From assembly GCA_964516765.1 (NCBI GenBank), contig CAZEWZ010000003.1, forward strand, positions 78,692 through 142,691: 64,000 nucleotides of DNA. The letters run 5' to 3'. This stretch comes from an uncultured Cryomorphaceae bacterium (GTDB lineage: Bacteria > Bacteroidota > Bacteroidia > Flavobacteriales > UBA7430). Shown here piece by piece: positions 40,483-50,491 of the stretch. The notes under the pieces were generated by a model. The model saw only the letters and a program-made list of their open reading frames with translations, did no database searches and had not been told where the DNA came from. The position numbers and the translations under genes were made by a program. How positions within the stretch are numbered: the first letter of the stretch is position 1; each line of letters begins with the position of its first letter.

Positions 40483-41199
40483 ATGAAAAAAATTTGTGTA
40501 TTAATTTTTCTATCCCTTACATTTAGCAATATTTTATTCGCTCAAGATCCCGAACCAGGCTTTTATCCCCCGGATGGAAGTATTGTTAGCGAAGATGGTT
40601 CTGAGGTGATTTTACCTTCTGCTTATTTACAGTCAATGTATAATGAGACAATTTCTTTTTATGCTTCTGATTATATAACTCTTGACATTGCTGGGGAACC
40701 ATACGATTTACCTTTTGTATCTGCTATCATTACAGGCGTTACAGCCCCTTCAGGTATGGACTATGATTGTAATACCGTTGGATGTATATTTCTTCCTAAT
40801 TCTACTGGTGAAGTTACTTTGTCTGGTATTCCTGATTTATTGGGTAACTTCAATCTTTCTTTAACTGCTGAGGTTACTATTAATACTACCCCACTAGGTC
40901 TCCCTTTAGATGTTACATTTAATATTCCTTATGATGGGGGAAATGCACTTTTAAACCTTGCTTTGGGAGATGATTATTCTCCAATAAATAGTTTTGTACC
41001 CGAATTTTTACTCAATGTCAATCCAGAAAGTATGGCACCTTCTGATTTGAATATTACAGATTCTCTTCTTTCAATAGATGAGTCAAAATACTTATATTCA
41101 TTAGATGTCCTTGGTAAAAGAGTCTCGGATAAAGCAACAAGAATAATTATTTTTGACATATATTCATCAGGAAAAGTTATAAAAAGATTTAAATTTTAG
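40483..41199 (+). CDS. Secreted hypothetical protein, possible T9SS cargo
   Basis: Signal peptide MKKICVLIFLSLTFSNILFAQ. The C-terminal ~35 aa (YSLDVLGKRV...FDIYSSGKVIKRFKF) resembles a short T9SS sorting domain. Confidence 0.65.
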   Translation: MKKICVLIFLSLTFSNILFAQDPEPGFYPPDGSIVSEDGSEVILPSAYLQSMYNETISFYASDYITLDIAGEPYDLPFVSAIITGVTAPSGMDYDCNTVGCIFLPNSTGEVTLSGIPDLLGNFNLSLTAEVTINTTPLGLPLDVTFNIPYDGGNALLNLALGDDYSPINSFVPEFLLNVNPESMAPSDLNITDSLLSIDESKYLYSLDVLGKRVSDKATRIIIFDIYSSGKVIKRFKF

Positions 41200-41440
41200 A
41201 GTTCATGATTAGCTGTAAATTTAATTCTAATTGAGTAATTATTTTCAATAAATGGTTCTTTCATATTTTTATATATTATTAGCTCATACTATTTGAGTGG
41301 AGTATATACTAGTATTAATTTATGAGCAAATACAGAATGTTACTGAGAAGTTTTTATACAGTCACTTATAAGTTATGTATTTATAAAGAAAATATAAAAA
41401 CAGTTGTTTGTTTATAATTATTCTACAACCATAAATAAAA

Positions 41441-43672
41441 ATGAAATACTTATTTCTCTTTATTGTTTTTTTTTATTCAATAAATTTCTACGCTCAGAGC
41501 AATGCATCATTATACGAAAACACAAGTGTCATCAAACTAAAGTCAATTACTGATTCAATATATTCAAGACTGAACTTATTTGAGGTGATTAATATGTCTT
41601 GTAGACAGAATAAATCCGATCTGGAATTTATTGTAAAAAGTGATGTGATGAATTGGTTAAATGCTGAATCAATTCCCTTTGATATTTTAGTAGATGATCT
41701 AAAATTTAAAATTGAATATGAGAATGCCCATATGGAATTAATTAGGCAAAACAATGATGGTGAGATGTGGTATGATATTTATAGAACATATCATGAAGTA
41801 CAGATGAAAATTGAAGAAATCGCAGAAATAAGTGCTATTGCTTCTATCATTGAAATTGGGGAATCATATGAAAATAGAGATATCAAAGGATTAAAATTTA
41901 GTTCGGGTGGATTAGACAAACCTGCCGTCTTTTTTAACGGGTGCCAACACGCTAGAGAATGGGTAACAGTTATGGCCACTGTATATATGGCAGATCAATT
42001 ATCACAAAATTATGAAAATGATCCTTTTGTTCAAACTCTTTTGGATCTTGTAGATGTTTACATTATCCCTATTGTAAACCCCGACGGCTATGTTTATACT
42101 CACACTGTCGATAGGTATTGGAGGAAAAACAGACAAGTCAATACAGGGTCAAATTGTATAGGTATTGATCTAAATAGAAATTGGGATGCTGACTGGAATG
42201 GATTAGAAAGTACCAGTAATTCAGCTTGTTCTGATATTTATGTTGGTACATTTCCATTTTCTGCTACGGAAGCTTCTGTATTAAAAAACTACATGGAATC
42301 TATTCCCAATTTACTTGGTCATTTAGATATTCATTCATATTCTGCTTTAGTTCTTGGCCCCTGGAGCTACACTAACGAACAATCTCCAGACCATGCCGAG
42401 ATAGTTAGCTTAGGAACTACTATGAAGGATGCGATAAGCAATACCAATGCATATCCTTTTGAGTTTGGAACAGGAGATGCAAACGGAAGCTTATATCTCG
42501 CAAGTGGAACTATGCCAGACTGGACATACGATGGTCTCGGCGCATTGGGATATACTTATGAACTTAGACCTAACTCTTTTAGTGGAGGTGGATTTGAACT
42601 TCCTGAAGATCAGATATTGGACGCTTGTGAAGAAAATTACAACGGGGCATTAGAAATGATTATTTGGGCTGCAGATATCCAGCCTGGCTGTACCAATTCC
42701 GACGCGTGTAATTACAATTCATCTGCTTCCGAAGATGACGGTTCTTGCGCAGAGATTGATTCATGTGGAGAGTGTGGAGGTAATGGACCTTTGCCAGGAT
42801 TTGACTGTTTGGGAAACTGTTCTAGTGGAGAGAATTTAGTGATTGAAATGATTGATTCCAATGGAGACGGGTGGAACGGAAATACACTTCTTATAAACGG
42901 TACTTCTCTAACAATTGAAAATGGTTTTGAGGTCATTGAGTCTCTGTGTTATGATACGTCCTTGTGTGTAGAGGTTATTTGTGATGGGGGATCTTGGCAA
43001 GACGAGGTATCTTGGAGTATTAGCAATTCTTTAGGAAATGAATTATTGTCAGGCGGTGCTCCTTTTTTTGGAGAATTTAATTGTAATATCCTTATTTTAG
43101 GTTGTACTGATCCAGAGGCAATCAATTTTGATTCTTCAGCGATTGTAGAAGACAATTCTTGTGAATACATTACCTCGAACGAATTACAGACAATTGATTT
43201 ACCTATGGGTTGGTCTATTTTTTCTACTTATATCCAACCAGAATTTCCTTCAATGGATTCAGTATTAAGCTTCATATACGATGATTTGATTATTGTTAAA
43301 AATGGAGAAGGAATGGCTTATTTACCATATTTTGGTTTCAATTCTATTGGTGATTTATTAAATGATCAAGGTTATTTAGTAAAGTTAATCCAGGCTAATT
43401 CCTTGTTTATTTCAGGAACCAAAATTGTCCCAGAGAATTATCCTATCAATTTAGATATCGGATGGAATATGATTGGTTATTTAAGAGACAATCCTATCAA
43501 TCTGGAACAAGCACTTAGTCCAATTCAATCTCAAATTATTATAGTCAAAAATTCTATGGGGACAGCTTATTTACCAGAGTGGGATTATAACGGAATTGGA
43601 CATCTTATCCCTGGAGAGGGATATCAAATAAAGCTTGTTTCTTCTGTATCTTTTAATTACCCTTTGAATTAA
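41441..43672 (+). CDS. Secreted M14 zinc carboxypeptidase with a multi-domain C-terminal extension
   Basis: Signal peptide, then M14 motifs HAREWVT, VNPDGY, RKNR and HSYS. These are followed by Cys-rich GCT(N/D)xxAxN(Y/F)xSSAxxxD(G/N)SC modules, a DGWNG-containing domain and two repeated ~75-aa beta modules. Confidence 0.85.
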   Translation: MKYLFLFIVFFYSINFYAQSNASLYENTSVIKLKSITDSIYSRLNLFEVINMSCRQNKSDLEFIVKSDVMNWLNAESIPFDILVDDLKFKIEYENAHMELIRQNNDGEMWYDIYRTYHEVQMKIEEIAEISAIASIIEIGESYENRDIKGLKFSSGGLDKPAVFFNGCQHAREWVTVMATVYMADQLSQNYENDPFVQTLLDLVDVYIIPIVNPDGYVYTHTVDRYWRKNRQVNTGSNCIGIDLNRNWDADWNGLESTSNSACSDIYVGTFPFSATEASVLKNYMESIPNLLGHLDIHSYSALVLGPWSYTNEQSPDHAEIVSLGTTMKDAISNTNAYPFEFGTGDANGSLYLASGTMPDWTYDGLGALGYTYELRPNSFSGGGFELPEDQILDACEENYNGALEMIIWAADIQPGCTNSDACNYNSSASEDDGSCAEIDSCGECGGNGPLPGFDCLGNCSSGENLVIEMIDSNGDGWNGNTLLINGTSLTIENGFEVIESLCYDTSLCVEVICDGGSWQDEVSWSISNSLGNELLSGGAPFFGEFNCNILILGCTDPEAINFDSSAIVEDNSCEYITSNELQTIDLPMGWSIFSTYIQPEFPSMDSVLSFIYDDLIIVKNGEGMAYLPYFGFNSIGDLLNDQGYLVKLIQANSLFISGTKIVPENYPINLDIGWNMIGYLRDNPINLEQALSPIQSQIIIVKNSMGTAYLPEWDYNGIGHLIPGEGYQIKLVSSVSFNYPLN

Positions 43673-43757
43673 TTTATATTCCTAAATATTTTCTAAACTG
43701 TTAAATAAGTGAGTTAATTGCCTATTTTTTTTTATAATTTAAAGACTAATTTTTTTA

Positions 43758-44669
43758 ATGAGTTTTGAAATCACCATTTTAGGATGTGGTTCTGCTTCTC
43801 CCACATCCAATAGAAACCCTTCAGCTCAATTTCTTTTTGTTCAAGATCTTTCATTGTTGATTGATTGCGGGGAAGGAACACAAGTTCAGTTGAGAAAGCA
43901 TAAAATTAGAATGCAGAAAATTCAGCATATTTTTATTTCTCACCTTCATGGAGATCATTTTTTTGGTTTGCCTGGATTGCTTTCTACTTTTCATTTGCTT
44001 GGCAGAAAGAACGAATTACATATATATGCTCCATCTGAATTAAAAGCTCTTTTAGACACTCTCTTTAAGGCTTCAAAGACATACTTAAGATATCCAATTC
44101 ATTACCATTCCCTCAATTTTGATGCTCCAGAGTTAATTTTTCAGAATAAAAAGTTGGAAATTCATTCTTTTCCAATGCGACACAGTATTGAAGTTTGTGG
44201 ATTTAAATTCAGCGAAAAATCCAAACTTAGAAAAATTAATCGATCTGTAGTAGATGCCTTTGGAGTGCCTCAATATTTATTTAACTCACTTAAAGAAGGA
44301 GCCGATTTCACATGTGATGATGGCCAAGTGGTCTTAAATGCCATGCTAACTCTGGATCCTGATGTATCTAGGTCATATGCTTATTGTTCGGATACTTCCT
44401 ATTTTCCTGAAATTTGCACGATGATTAAAGATGTTGATCTCTTATACCACGAAGCTACTTTTGCAAACGATATGGAAAAGCTGGCGTATAAAACCAAACA
44501 TTCTACTGCTGAGCAAGCTGCTATTATTGCACAAAAAGCACAGGTTAAAAATTTGATTTTAGGACATTTTTCTGCTCGGTATACTGATCATAGTATACTT
44601 TTGAAAGAAGCAAAAATGGTATTTAAAAATAGCCAAGCAGCAGAAGACGGTTTGAAAATTATTCTTTGA
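43758..44669 (+). CDS. rnz: Ribonuclease Z (tRNA 3' endonuclease)
   Basis: Metallo-beta-lactamase motif SHLHGDH, 303 aa, N-terminus ILGCGSASPT. Confidence 0.92.
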   Translation: MSFEITILGCGSASPTSNRNPSAQFLFVQDLSLLIDCGEGTQVQLRKHKIRMQKIQHIFISHLHGDHFFGLPGLLSTFHLLGRKNELHIYAPSELKALLDTLFKASKTYLRYPIHYHSLNFDAPELIFQNKKLEIHSFPMRHSIEVCGFKFSEKSKLRKINRSVVDAFGVPQYLFNSLKEGADFTCDDGQVVLNAMLTLDPDVSRSYAYCSDTSYFPEICTMIKDVDLLYHEATFANDMEKLAYKTKHSTAEQAAIIAQKAQVKNLILGHFSARYTDHSILLKEAKMVFKNSQAAEDGLKIIL

Positions 44670-45564
44670 TGAGGGAATCAATTTGGTGTAATATATTTTG
44701 CGTATCATCTGGATTAGCAATTAAGTCTTTTGGCTCTCTTCGTATCCAAGTCATCTGTCTTTTGGCATAGCGACGAGTATTTTTTTTAATTTCGATCACC
44801 GCATCTTCAATCTTTTGCTCTCCATCAATGAAAGTAAATAATTCCTTATATCCAACGGTTTGCAACGCATTCATATGCTTATATTGGTGCAATGATTTCA
44901 CTTCTTCTAATAATCCCTTTTGCATCATCAAATCGACTCTTTGATTAATGCGTTCGTATAGCTTTTTTCTATTTCGTTCAAGAGAGATTCTTATAACTGT
45001 AAATGCTCTTTTTTTATTTTGATGTCTTTTAAAAGAAGAATAAGGTTTTCCAGATTCTATGCATATTTCAAGTGCTCTAATTATTCGTTGTGGGTTTTCT
45101 TTGTCTATTTCAGAAAAATATTTTGGATCGAGAATCTCTAGTTCATTCTTTAATACTGAAAGACCTTCTTTTCTAAAGCGACTGTTTAGTGTAGCTCGAA
45201 TATTTTTGGGAACATCTGGAAATTCATCTAGTCCTTTGCAAACAGCATCGACATATAAGCCTGATCCTCCCACCATGATCACTATTTGATTGTCTAGATG
45301 AAGTGATTTTATTTTTTTTACAGCATCAAGCTCAAACTGTCCCACAGAATAAGGGTCGTGGATACTGAGTTGGTGAATAAAATGGTGTGGTATTTCTAAT
45401 AAATGCCTCTCAGAGGGAACAGCAGTACCAATGATCATTTCCTTATAAAATTGTCTAGAATCACAAGAAATTATTTCAGTATTGTAATGTTTTGCAATTG
45501 CGATAGAAAGATCTGTTTTTCCAACCGCTGTAGGTCCCTCAATCACTATAAGATACGAGGTCAT
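44659..45564 (-). CDS. miaA: tRNA dimethylallyltransferase
   Basis: P-loop GPTAVGKT, CDSRQFYKEM and GGSGLY motifs, 301 aa. Confidence 0.93.
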   Translation of the reverse strand: MTSYLIVIEGPTAVGKTDLSIAIAKHYNTEIISCDSRQFYKEMIIGTAVPSERHLLEIPHHFIHQLSIHDPYSVGQFELDAVKKIKSLHLDNQIVIMVGGSGLYVDAVCKGLDEFPDVPKNIRATLNSRFRKEGLSVLKNELEILDPKYFSEIDKENPQRIIRALEICIESGKPYSSFKRHQNKKRAFTVIRISLERNRKKLYERINQRVDLMMQKGLLEEVKSLHQYKHMNALQTVGYKELFTFIDGEQKIEDAVIEIKKNTRRYAKRQMTWIRREPKDLIANPDDTQNILHQIDSLIKE

Positions 45565-46940
45565 GGTCTCAGAAGTTTAAAAAGGTATTTGATCCATTTT
45601 AACTGTCCATAGGGTGCGAATCTAATGGGGATATCCATCCATGTTCCCCTTTTAAGGATAGCCTTTTCATGACTTAAACATCGAAAACTCTTTTCTCCAT
45701 GATAGGAACCCATGCCACTTGCACCTACACCCCCAAAAGGCAGATTTGAATTACTTACCTGAAGTATGGTATCGTTAATACAACCCCCACCGAAATATAG
45801 TTTTTTTAAGAAGAGCTCTTGGTCATTTTTGTTTTGACCAAAGTAATAAGCGGCTAAGGGTTTTTCTTGCTTATTAATGGTTGAAATTGTTTCATCCAGA
45901 TTATCAAAGGTAAGCATCGGTAAAATGGGTCCGAAAATTTCTTCTTTCATAATGGGAGAATTCCAGTCTATATCATTTAAAATAGTGGGTTCGATGTAGT
46001 TGTCTTTTTCTACTGATTTCCCACCATAAATTATTTTTTCATTTTCAAATAGCTGAATTATTCTTTTAAAATGAGAGTGATTTACAATTCGCGCATAACT
46101 TTGGCTATTTTGTTTATTTTCTCCAAGGGCATTATCAAACTCTATTTTTAGCTGTTCGATTAGTTTGTCTGCAATATCTTTGTGAATATATAAATAGTCT
46201 GGGGCAATACATGTTTGTCCTGCATTAAATAATTTCCCCCAGACAATTCTCTTTGCTGCTACGGCAATTTTCGCATCTTTATTAACAATTACTGGGCTTT
46301 TACCTCCTAATTCTAGAGTAATTGGACAAAGTTGTTCCGCAGCTGCTATCATAAATATTCTCCCAACCCTTGTACTTCCGGTAAAGAATATATAATCCCA
46401 TTTTTGTTTTAGTAATAAAAGATTTGTTTCAGCTCCTCCTTCAATAACAGCAACATGCTTTGGTTCAAATACTTTTTCAATTAGTTTTCGTATTAGACTA
46501 GAAGTATGTTTAGAGATCTCGGACGGCTTACAAACCACACAGTTCCCTGATGCTATAGCAGCAATTAATGGACTTATTGTCAGTTGGAATGGATAGTTCC
46601 ATGGAGCTACAATTAATACTCTCCCGTAAGGGTCTGAATAAATATAGTCACGTGATGGGAAATTAAGCAAACTACTTTTTACTCTTCTGGGTTTGGCAAG
46701 TTTTTCAATATAGCGTATGAAATAATCTAATTCAGATATGACAATTGCAATTTCTGCAGTATAAGCTTCAAACACTGGTTTACTTAGATCTTTTTGCAAT
46801 GCTTCTAGGATATCCTCTTCTGCTTCTAGTATCGCCTTCTTCAATAAAACAAGACAATTTTTTCTATATTTTATTGACAAGGTAGCACTCGTATCAAAGT
46901 AATCTTTCTGAGCTTTATGTATCTGAATAATTTTATTCAT
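45561..46940 (-). CDS. Aldehyde dehydrogenase family protein (ALDH3-like)
   Basis: ELGGKSP, catalytic Cys GQTCIAPDY and EEIFGPILP, 459 aa. Confidence 0.9.
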   Translation of the reverse strand: MNKIIQIHKAQKDYFDTSATLSIKYRKNCLVLLKKAILEAEEDILEALQKDLSKPVFEAYTAEIAIVISELDYFIRYIEKLAKPRRVKSSLLNFPSRDYIYSDPYGRVLIVAPWNYPFQLTISPLIAAIASGNCVVCKPSEISKHTSSLIRKLIEKVFEPKHVAVIEGGAETNLLLLKQKWDYIFFTGSTRVGRIFMIAAAEQLCPITLELGGKSPVIVNKDAKIAVAAKRIVWGKLFNAGQTCIAPDYLYIHKDIADKLIEQLKIEFDNALGENKQNSQSYARIVNHSHFKRIIQLFENEKIIYGGKSVEKDNYIEPTILNDIDWNSPIMKEEIFGPILPMLTFDNLDETISTINKQEKPLAAYYFGQNKNDQELFLKKLYFGGGCINDTILQVSNSNLPFGGVGASGMGSYHGEKSFRCLSHEKAILKRGTWMDIPIRFAPYGQLKWIKYLFKLLRP

Positions 46941-46942
46941 AA

Positions 46943-47458
46943 TTATTGGTATTCATCTAATTCGTCGAAGCCTTCAAAAATGTCATCATCAAATAATCCA
47001 CCTCCGCTTTTGTCTTCGGATTGATCTTCTTGACTTTCAAATTGAATATCTTCCCTTTCTCCTGGCATAAGGCCCTCAGAATATATAAGTCTGGGATAAG
47101 ATTCACCTGAGATGGGATCATTTATTTCCATAAGTTCTACATAAAATGTCCACATATTTAAAAAATCGAATATATAAAGTAATTTATCACCCTTTTCTAA
47201 ACATATCTGTGATAAACTACATTCAGACATTAAAAGTGCATTATCATCGACTGCAAAAAGGCTTATTTCATTTCCTTGGTTCCATTGATCATCACTCTTA
47301 TAGAAAGAAGCCATCTCTCCATTATCTAGATCGAATGCTTGAACTATACTATTGTGAAGATCTTCAAGAGTATCTTGGTCTGATATTTCAATATCTCTAA
47401 AAATATCGGCTTGTTTAAAGTCTAAAATAATACGGAATCCGAATAATTGCATAATCAA
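46943..47458 (-). CDS. pRiA4b ORF-3-like family protein (function unknown) with an acidic C-terminal tail
   Basis: 171 aa. The pattern FRIILD...IFRDIEISDQDTLEDLHNSIVQAFDLD...LLYIFDFLNMWTFYVEL...YPRLI matches my recollection of this family. The assignment is from memory only. Confidence 0.55.
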   Translation of the reverse strand: MIMQLFGFRIILDFKQADIFRDIEISDQDTLEDLHNSIVQAFDLDNGEMASFYKSDDQWNQGNEISLFAVDDNALLMSECSLSQICLEKGDKLLYIFDFLNMWTFYVELMEINDPISGESYPRLIYSEGLMPGEREDIQFESQEDQSEDKSGGGLFDDDIFEGFDELDEYQ

Positions 47459-47477
47459 ATATAATTTAAATTGAATA

Positions 47478-48893
47478 TTAATTTTTTTTTAAACCCAATT
47501 CATTTCCTTTTTTAAGCATGTATTTAAAGGCTTTTTCGTACTCGTTTGGAATATGTCCATCAAGTATTGCTTCTCTAATGTAATTTTTTAAATCACCAAC
47601 CAATTTACAGGGTTTGATTTGATAGGTGTTCATAATAATTTCTCCAGAAATAGGGGGTTGCCAGTTTCTGATTTGATCTCTTGCTTCAATATCTTTTAAT
47701 TTTTGTCTGACTACCTTGAAATTATTTAGAAACTGCTTGACTTTTATTTCATTTTTTGAAGTAATATCTGCTTCGCATAATAACATTAGGTCTTCAATGT
47801 CTTCTCCAGCATCAAACAAAAGCCTTCGAATGGCAGAATCGCTCACCGATTCTTTAGAGACAGCAATGGGTCTCAAATGAAGTAAGACTAATTTTTTCAC
47901 GAATTTCATCTTGTCATTTAAGGGTAATTTTAGACGCTTAAATATCACTGGGACCATCTTAGAACCCAAAAACTCATGTCCATGAAATGTCCAGCCATGG
48001 CCTTGCTCAAATTTTTTGGTCGGGGGTTTTGCAATATCGTGTAATAATGCAGCCCACCTTAGCCAAAGATTGTTAGTGTTTTTCGAGATATTTTCTAATA
48101 CTTCTAAAGTATGGTAAAAATTATCTTTGTGTTTTTTTCCGTTAATGTTTTCCACACCATGTAAAGCAACAAATTCAGGAAAGAATTCATGAAGAAGTTT
48201 GGTGTTAAATAAAAGTTTGAAACCCTTTGAAGGTGTCTTAGAAAGAATAATTTTATTAAGTTCTTCTGTAATTCGCTCCTTTGAAATAATATCCAATCTA
48301 CCAGCATTTCTTTCGAGAGCTTTCATAGATTTATCCTCGATTGTAAAGTTGAGTTGAGTAGCAAAACGTATTGCTCTCATCATCCGGAGGGGGTCATCAG
48401 AATAAGTTATGTCTGAATCTAGTGGTGTTCTGATTATTCCCTTTTCTAGATCTTCGAGGCCATTAAATGGATCGACGAATTCTCCAAAACGGTCATTATT
48501 TAGGCAAATAGCTAAGGCATTAATTGTGAAATCTCTTCTGTTTTGGTCATCTTCTAAAGTTCCGTTTTCTACTAGTGGTTTTCTGGATTCTTTACGATAG
48601 GATTCTTTTCTAGCCCCAACGAATTCGACCTCTAAGTCTTTATGAAGCACCATGGCGGTTCCAAAATTTTTAAAGACTTGCACTTGGGGGCGACCATGTA
48701 GTTTTTGGGCAACTTTTTTTGCTAAGTCAATCCCATTTCCTACACATACAACATCAATATCTTTTGGTTCATGTCGATTTAATATGACATCTCGAACATA
48801 GCCACCAATGACATAGGTCTCTAAACCTAATTCGTCTGCACATTCAGATATGCAGTGAAATATACTATGTTGAATATACTTTTTCAATTTCAC
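47478..48893 (-). CDS. cca: CCA tRNA nucleotidyltransferase / poly(A) polymerase-family enzyme with an HD domain
   Basis: GGYVRD, RRDFTINA and an HD region (LLHDIAKP), 471 aa. Confidence 0.85.
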   Translation of the reverse strand: MKLKKYIQHSIFHCISECADELGLETYVIGGYVRDVILNRHEPKDIDVVCVGNGIDLAKKVAQKLHGRPQVQVFKNFGTAMVLHKDLEVEFVGARKESYRKESRKPLVENGTLEDDQNRRDFTINALAICLNNDRFGEFVDPFNGLEDLEKGIIRTPLDSDITYSDDPLRMMRAIRFATQLNFTIEDKSMKALERNAGRLDIISKERITEELNKIILSKTPSKGFKLLFNTKLLHEFFPEFVALHGVENINGKKHKDNFYHTLEVLENISKNTNNLWLRWAALLHDIAKPPTKKFEQGHGWTFHGHEFLGSKMVPVIFKRLKLPLNDKMKFVKKLVLLHLRPIAVSKESVSDSAIRRLLFDAGEDIEDLMLLCEADITSKNEIKVKQFLNNFKVVRQKLKDIEARDQIRNWQPPISGEIIMNTYQIKPCKLVGDLKNYIREAILDGHIPNEYEKAFKYMLKKGNELGLKKN

Positions 48894-49456
48894 GCTCTAA
48901 TAATATTAATTAAACCAGATCCATCAAGCTTTATGATGGATGAATTTCGGGTGGTTTCCGTTTCGTCTTGACGTAAATTTACAATATGATCTACAGAATT
49001 CTTAATTTCTTCGGAAATGTCTAAAAAACATTTGGCTGTCTCTTCTCCTGATAGATTAGCCGAAGTGGAGACAAGAGGTTTATTTAAAGCTTTTATAAGT
49101 TCCTCACAGAATGGATCTCTAACCATTCTCACTCCAAGAGTATTGTCTGCATTGACCACATTTTTTGCAATCCCTTTGGGTTGTTCATAGATAATAGTGA
49201 GAGGTTTTTCGCTGAAATTTATTAGATCCCACGCAACATCAGGTACATCTTCTACAGTTCGTTCTAGTCTTCTTTCATTCTCCACCAATACAATGAAGCT
49301 TTTGTTTGCAGTTCTTTTTTTTATATCTATAATCTTTTGGACCGCATTACCATTACTAGCATCGCAGCCTATGCCCCAAATGGTATCAGTAGGGTAAAGT
49401 ATGACACCTCCATTTTCAAGTATTTTCAGGGCTTTCTGAATTTCTTCTTGCATCAT
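48890..49456 (-). CDS. tsaC: L-threonylcarbamoyladenylate synthase (TsaC/YrdC)
   Basis: YPTDTIWGIGCDA and STSANLSGE motifs, 188 aa. Its stop overlaps the cca start by 4 nt. Confidence 0.9.
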   Translation of the reverse strand: MMQEEIQKALKILENGGVILYPTDTIWGIGCDASNGNAVQKIIDIKKRTANKSFIVLVENERRLERTVEDVPDVAWDLINFSEKPLTIIYEQPKGIAKNVVNADNTLGVRMVRDPFCEELIKALNKPLVSTSANLSGEETAKCFLDISEEIKNSVDHIVNLRQDETETTRNSSIIKLDGSGLINIIRA

Positions 49457-50484
49457 TTATATTTTCGATTGATCTTATACTTTCTAAAAATAGAAAGATT
49501 TCTTTTTTGAGGAATTCCATGTTCTTCAATATGTTTTTTTATCGCATAAATTATTCTTTTAGAAGATTTTCCGTCATGGTAGGGGTGGTATTCACTTATT
49601 ATTTTAGATCTTTCTTCTTCAAATGGGTCATCATTAAGATTACTTTCAACTTTTTCAAGAAGATCTTTGGGACGTAAAATATTTTCCCAAGATTTTTTTG
49701 GTTGTTTTGTTTTGAATGTGATAACAGGTTTGTTTAGTAGTAAGAATTCGTAAATTACTGAAGAAGTGTCACTAATCAATAAGTCTGATATATGTAAATA
49801 TTTTGTGATATTGCTGTCCTTTATAAATATAATATTACTGTGACGATTTGAAATTTCATGAAATTGAGAGACTAATTTTTGATTCATCAGATCGTGAAAT
49901 TTAATGAATACCAGATATTTTGTGTGGGAGGCAAGAGTCTCTATCTCCTCGGATAAAGATGACGCAGAGCAGAACTTAGGAGAAAAAGTTGGGGCATAAA
50001 TAATAATTTTTTCAGCCTGATAATCTTTCAACAGAAATGATTTTTCATTCTGAAATTTTTTTATTTTATTTGAGCAAAGATCAAATTTTGGCCAACCTGT
50101 TTCAACCACTTTAAAATCTCTGTAGACCCTGCTTAATTCTTGAAAGCGCATTGTGAAATAAGGCCCCGGAGTCAGATAAAGATCAAAGTAATGCCTAATC
50201 TTGAAATGTCCTTTTTTTTCTCCTGCCAGACCATGGAATAATTGAACTTTTAATCCTCTAAGAAAATAAGGTACTTCATTTCCTGGAACGAATATTATAT
50301 CGCTTAGATATTCTTTTAAATCATTTATATTACTAGTGTGTGCGTCCTTAATGAGTGGAAATTCATTATTAAGTTTGGGAGCAATATACCACAAGCAATC
50401 GAAATTATTTTTTTTCAATTCATCACGAAGTGGAGACAGAATACCAAATGCATAGGCATTTTCACAGAATAGAATACATTTCAT
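49453..50484 (-). CDS. CDP-glycerol glycerophosphotransferase (TagB/TagF)-like protein
   Basis: YAPTFSP and ISDLLISDTSSVIYEFLLLNKPVI motifs. I prefer the internal ATG at 50484 (MKCILF...), which removes the 95-nt overlap with the upstream gene. Confidence 0.65.
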   Translation of the reverse strand: MKCILFCENAYAFGILSPLRDELKKNNFDCLWYIAPKLNNEFPLIKDAHTSNINDLKEYLSDIIFVPGNEVPYFLRGLKVQLFHGLAGEKKGHFKIRHYFDLYLTPGPYFTMRFQELSRVYRDFKVVETGWPKFDLCSNKIKKFQNEKSFLLKDYQAEKIIIYAPTFSPKFCSASSLSEEIETLASHTKYLVFIKFHDLMNQKLVSQFHEISNRHSNIIFIKDSNITKYLHISDLLISDTSSVIYEFLLLNKPVITFKTKQPKKSWENILRPKDLLEKVESNLNDDPFEEERSKIISEYHPYHDGKSSKRIIYAIKKHIEEHGIPQKRNLSIFRKYKINRKYK

Positions 50485-50491
50485 TATCTTA

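Noticed and set aside
46943-47458. The pRiA4b-ORF3-like gene as a marker of a plasmid-derived or IS-associated mobile element.
   Set aside because: There is no transposase, integrase, inverted repeat or direct-repeat boundary nearby. The gene is packed into a housekeeping gene run with gaps of 2 and 19 nt, and its base composition looks the same as its surroundings.
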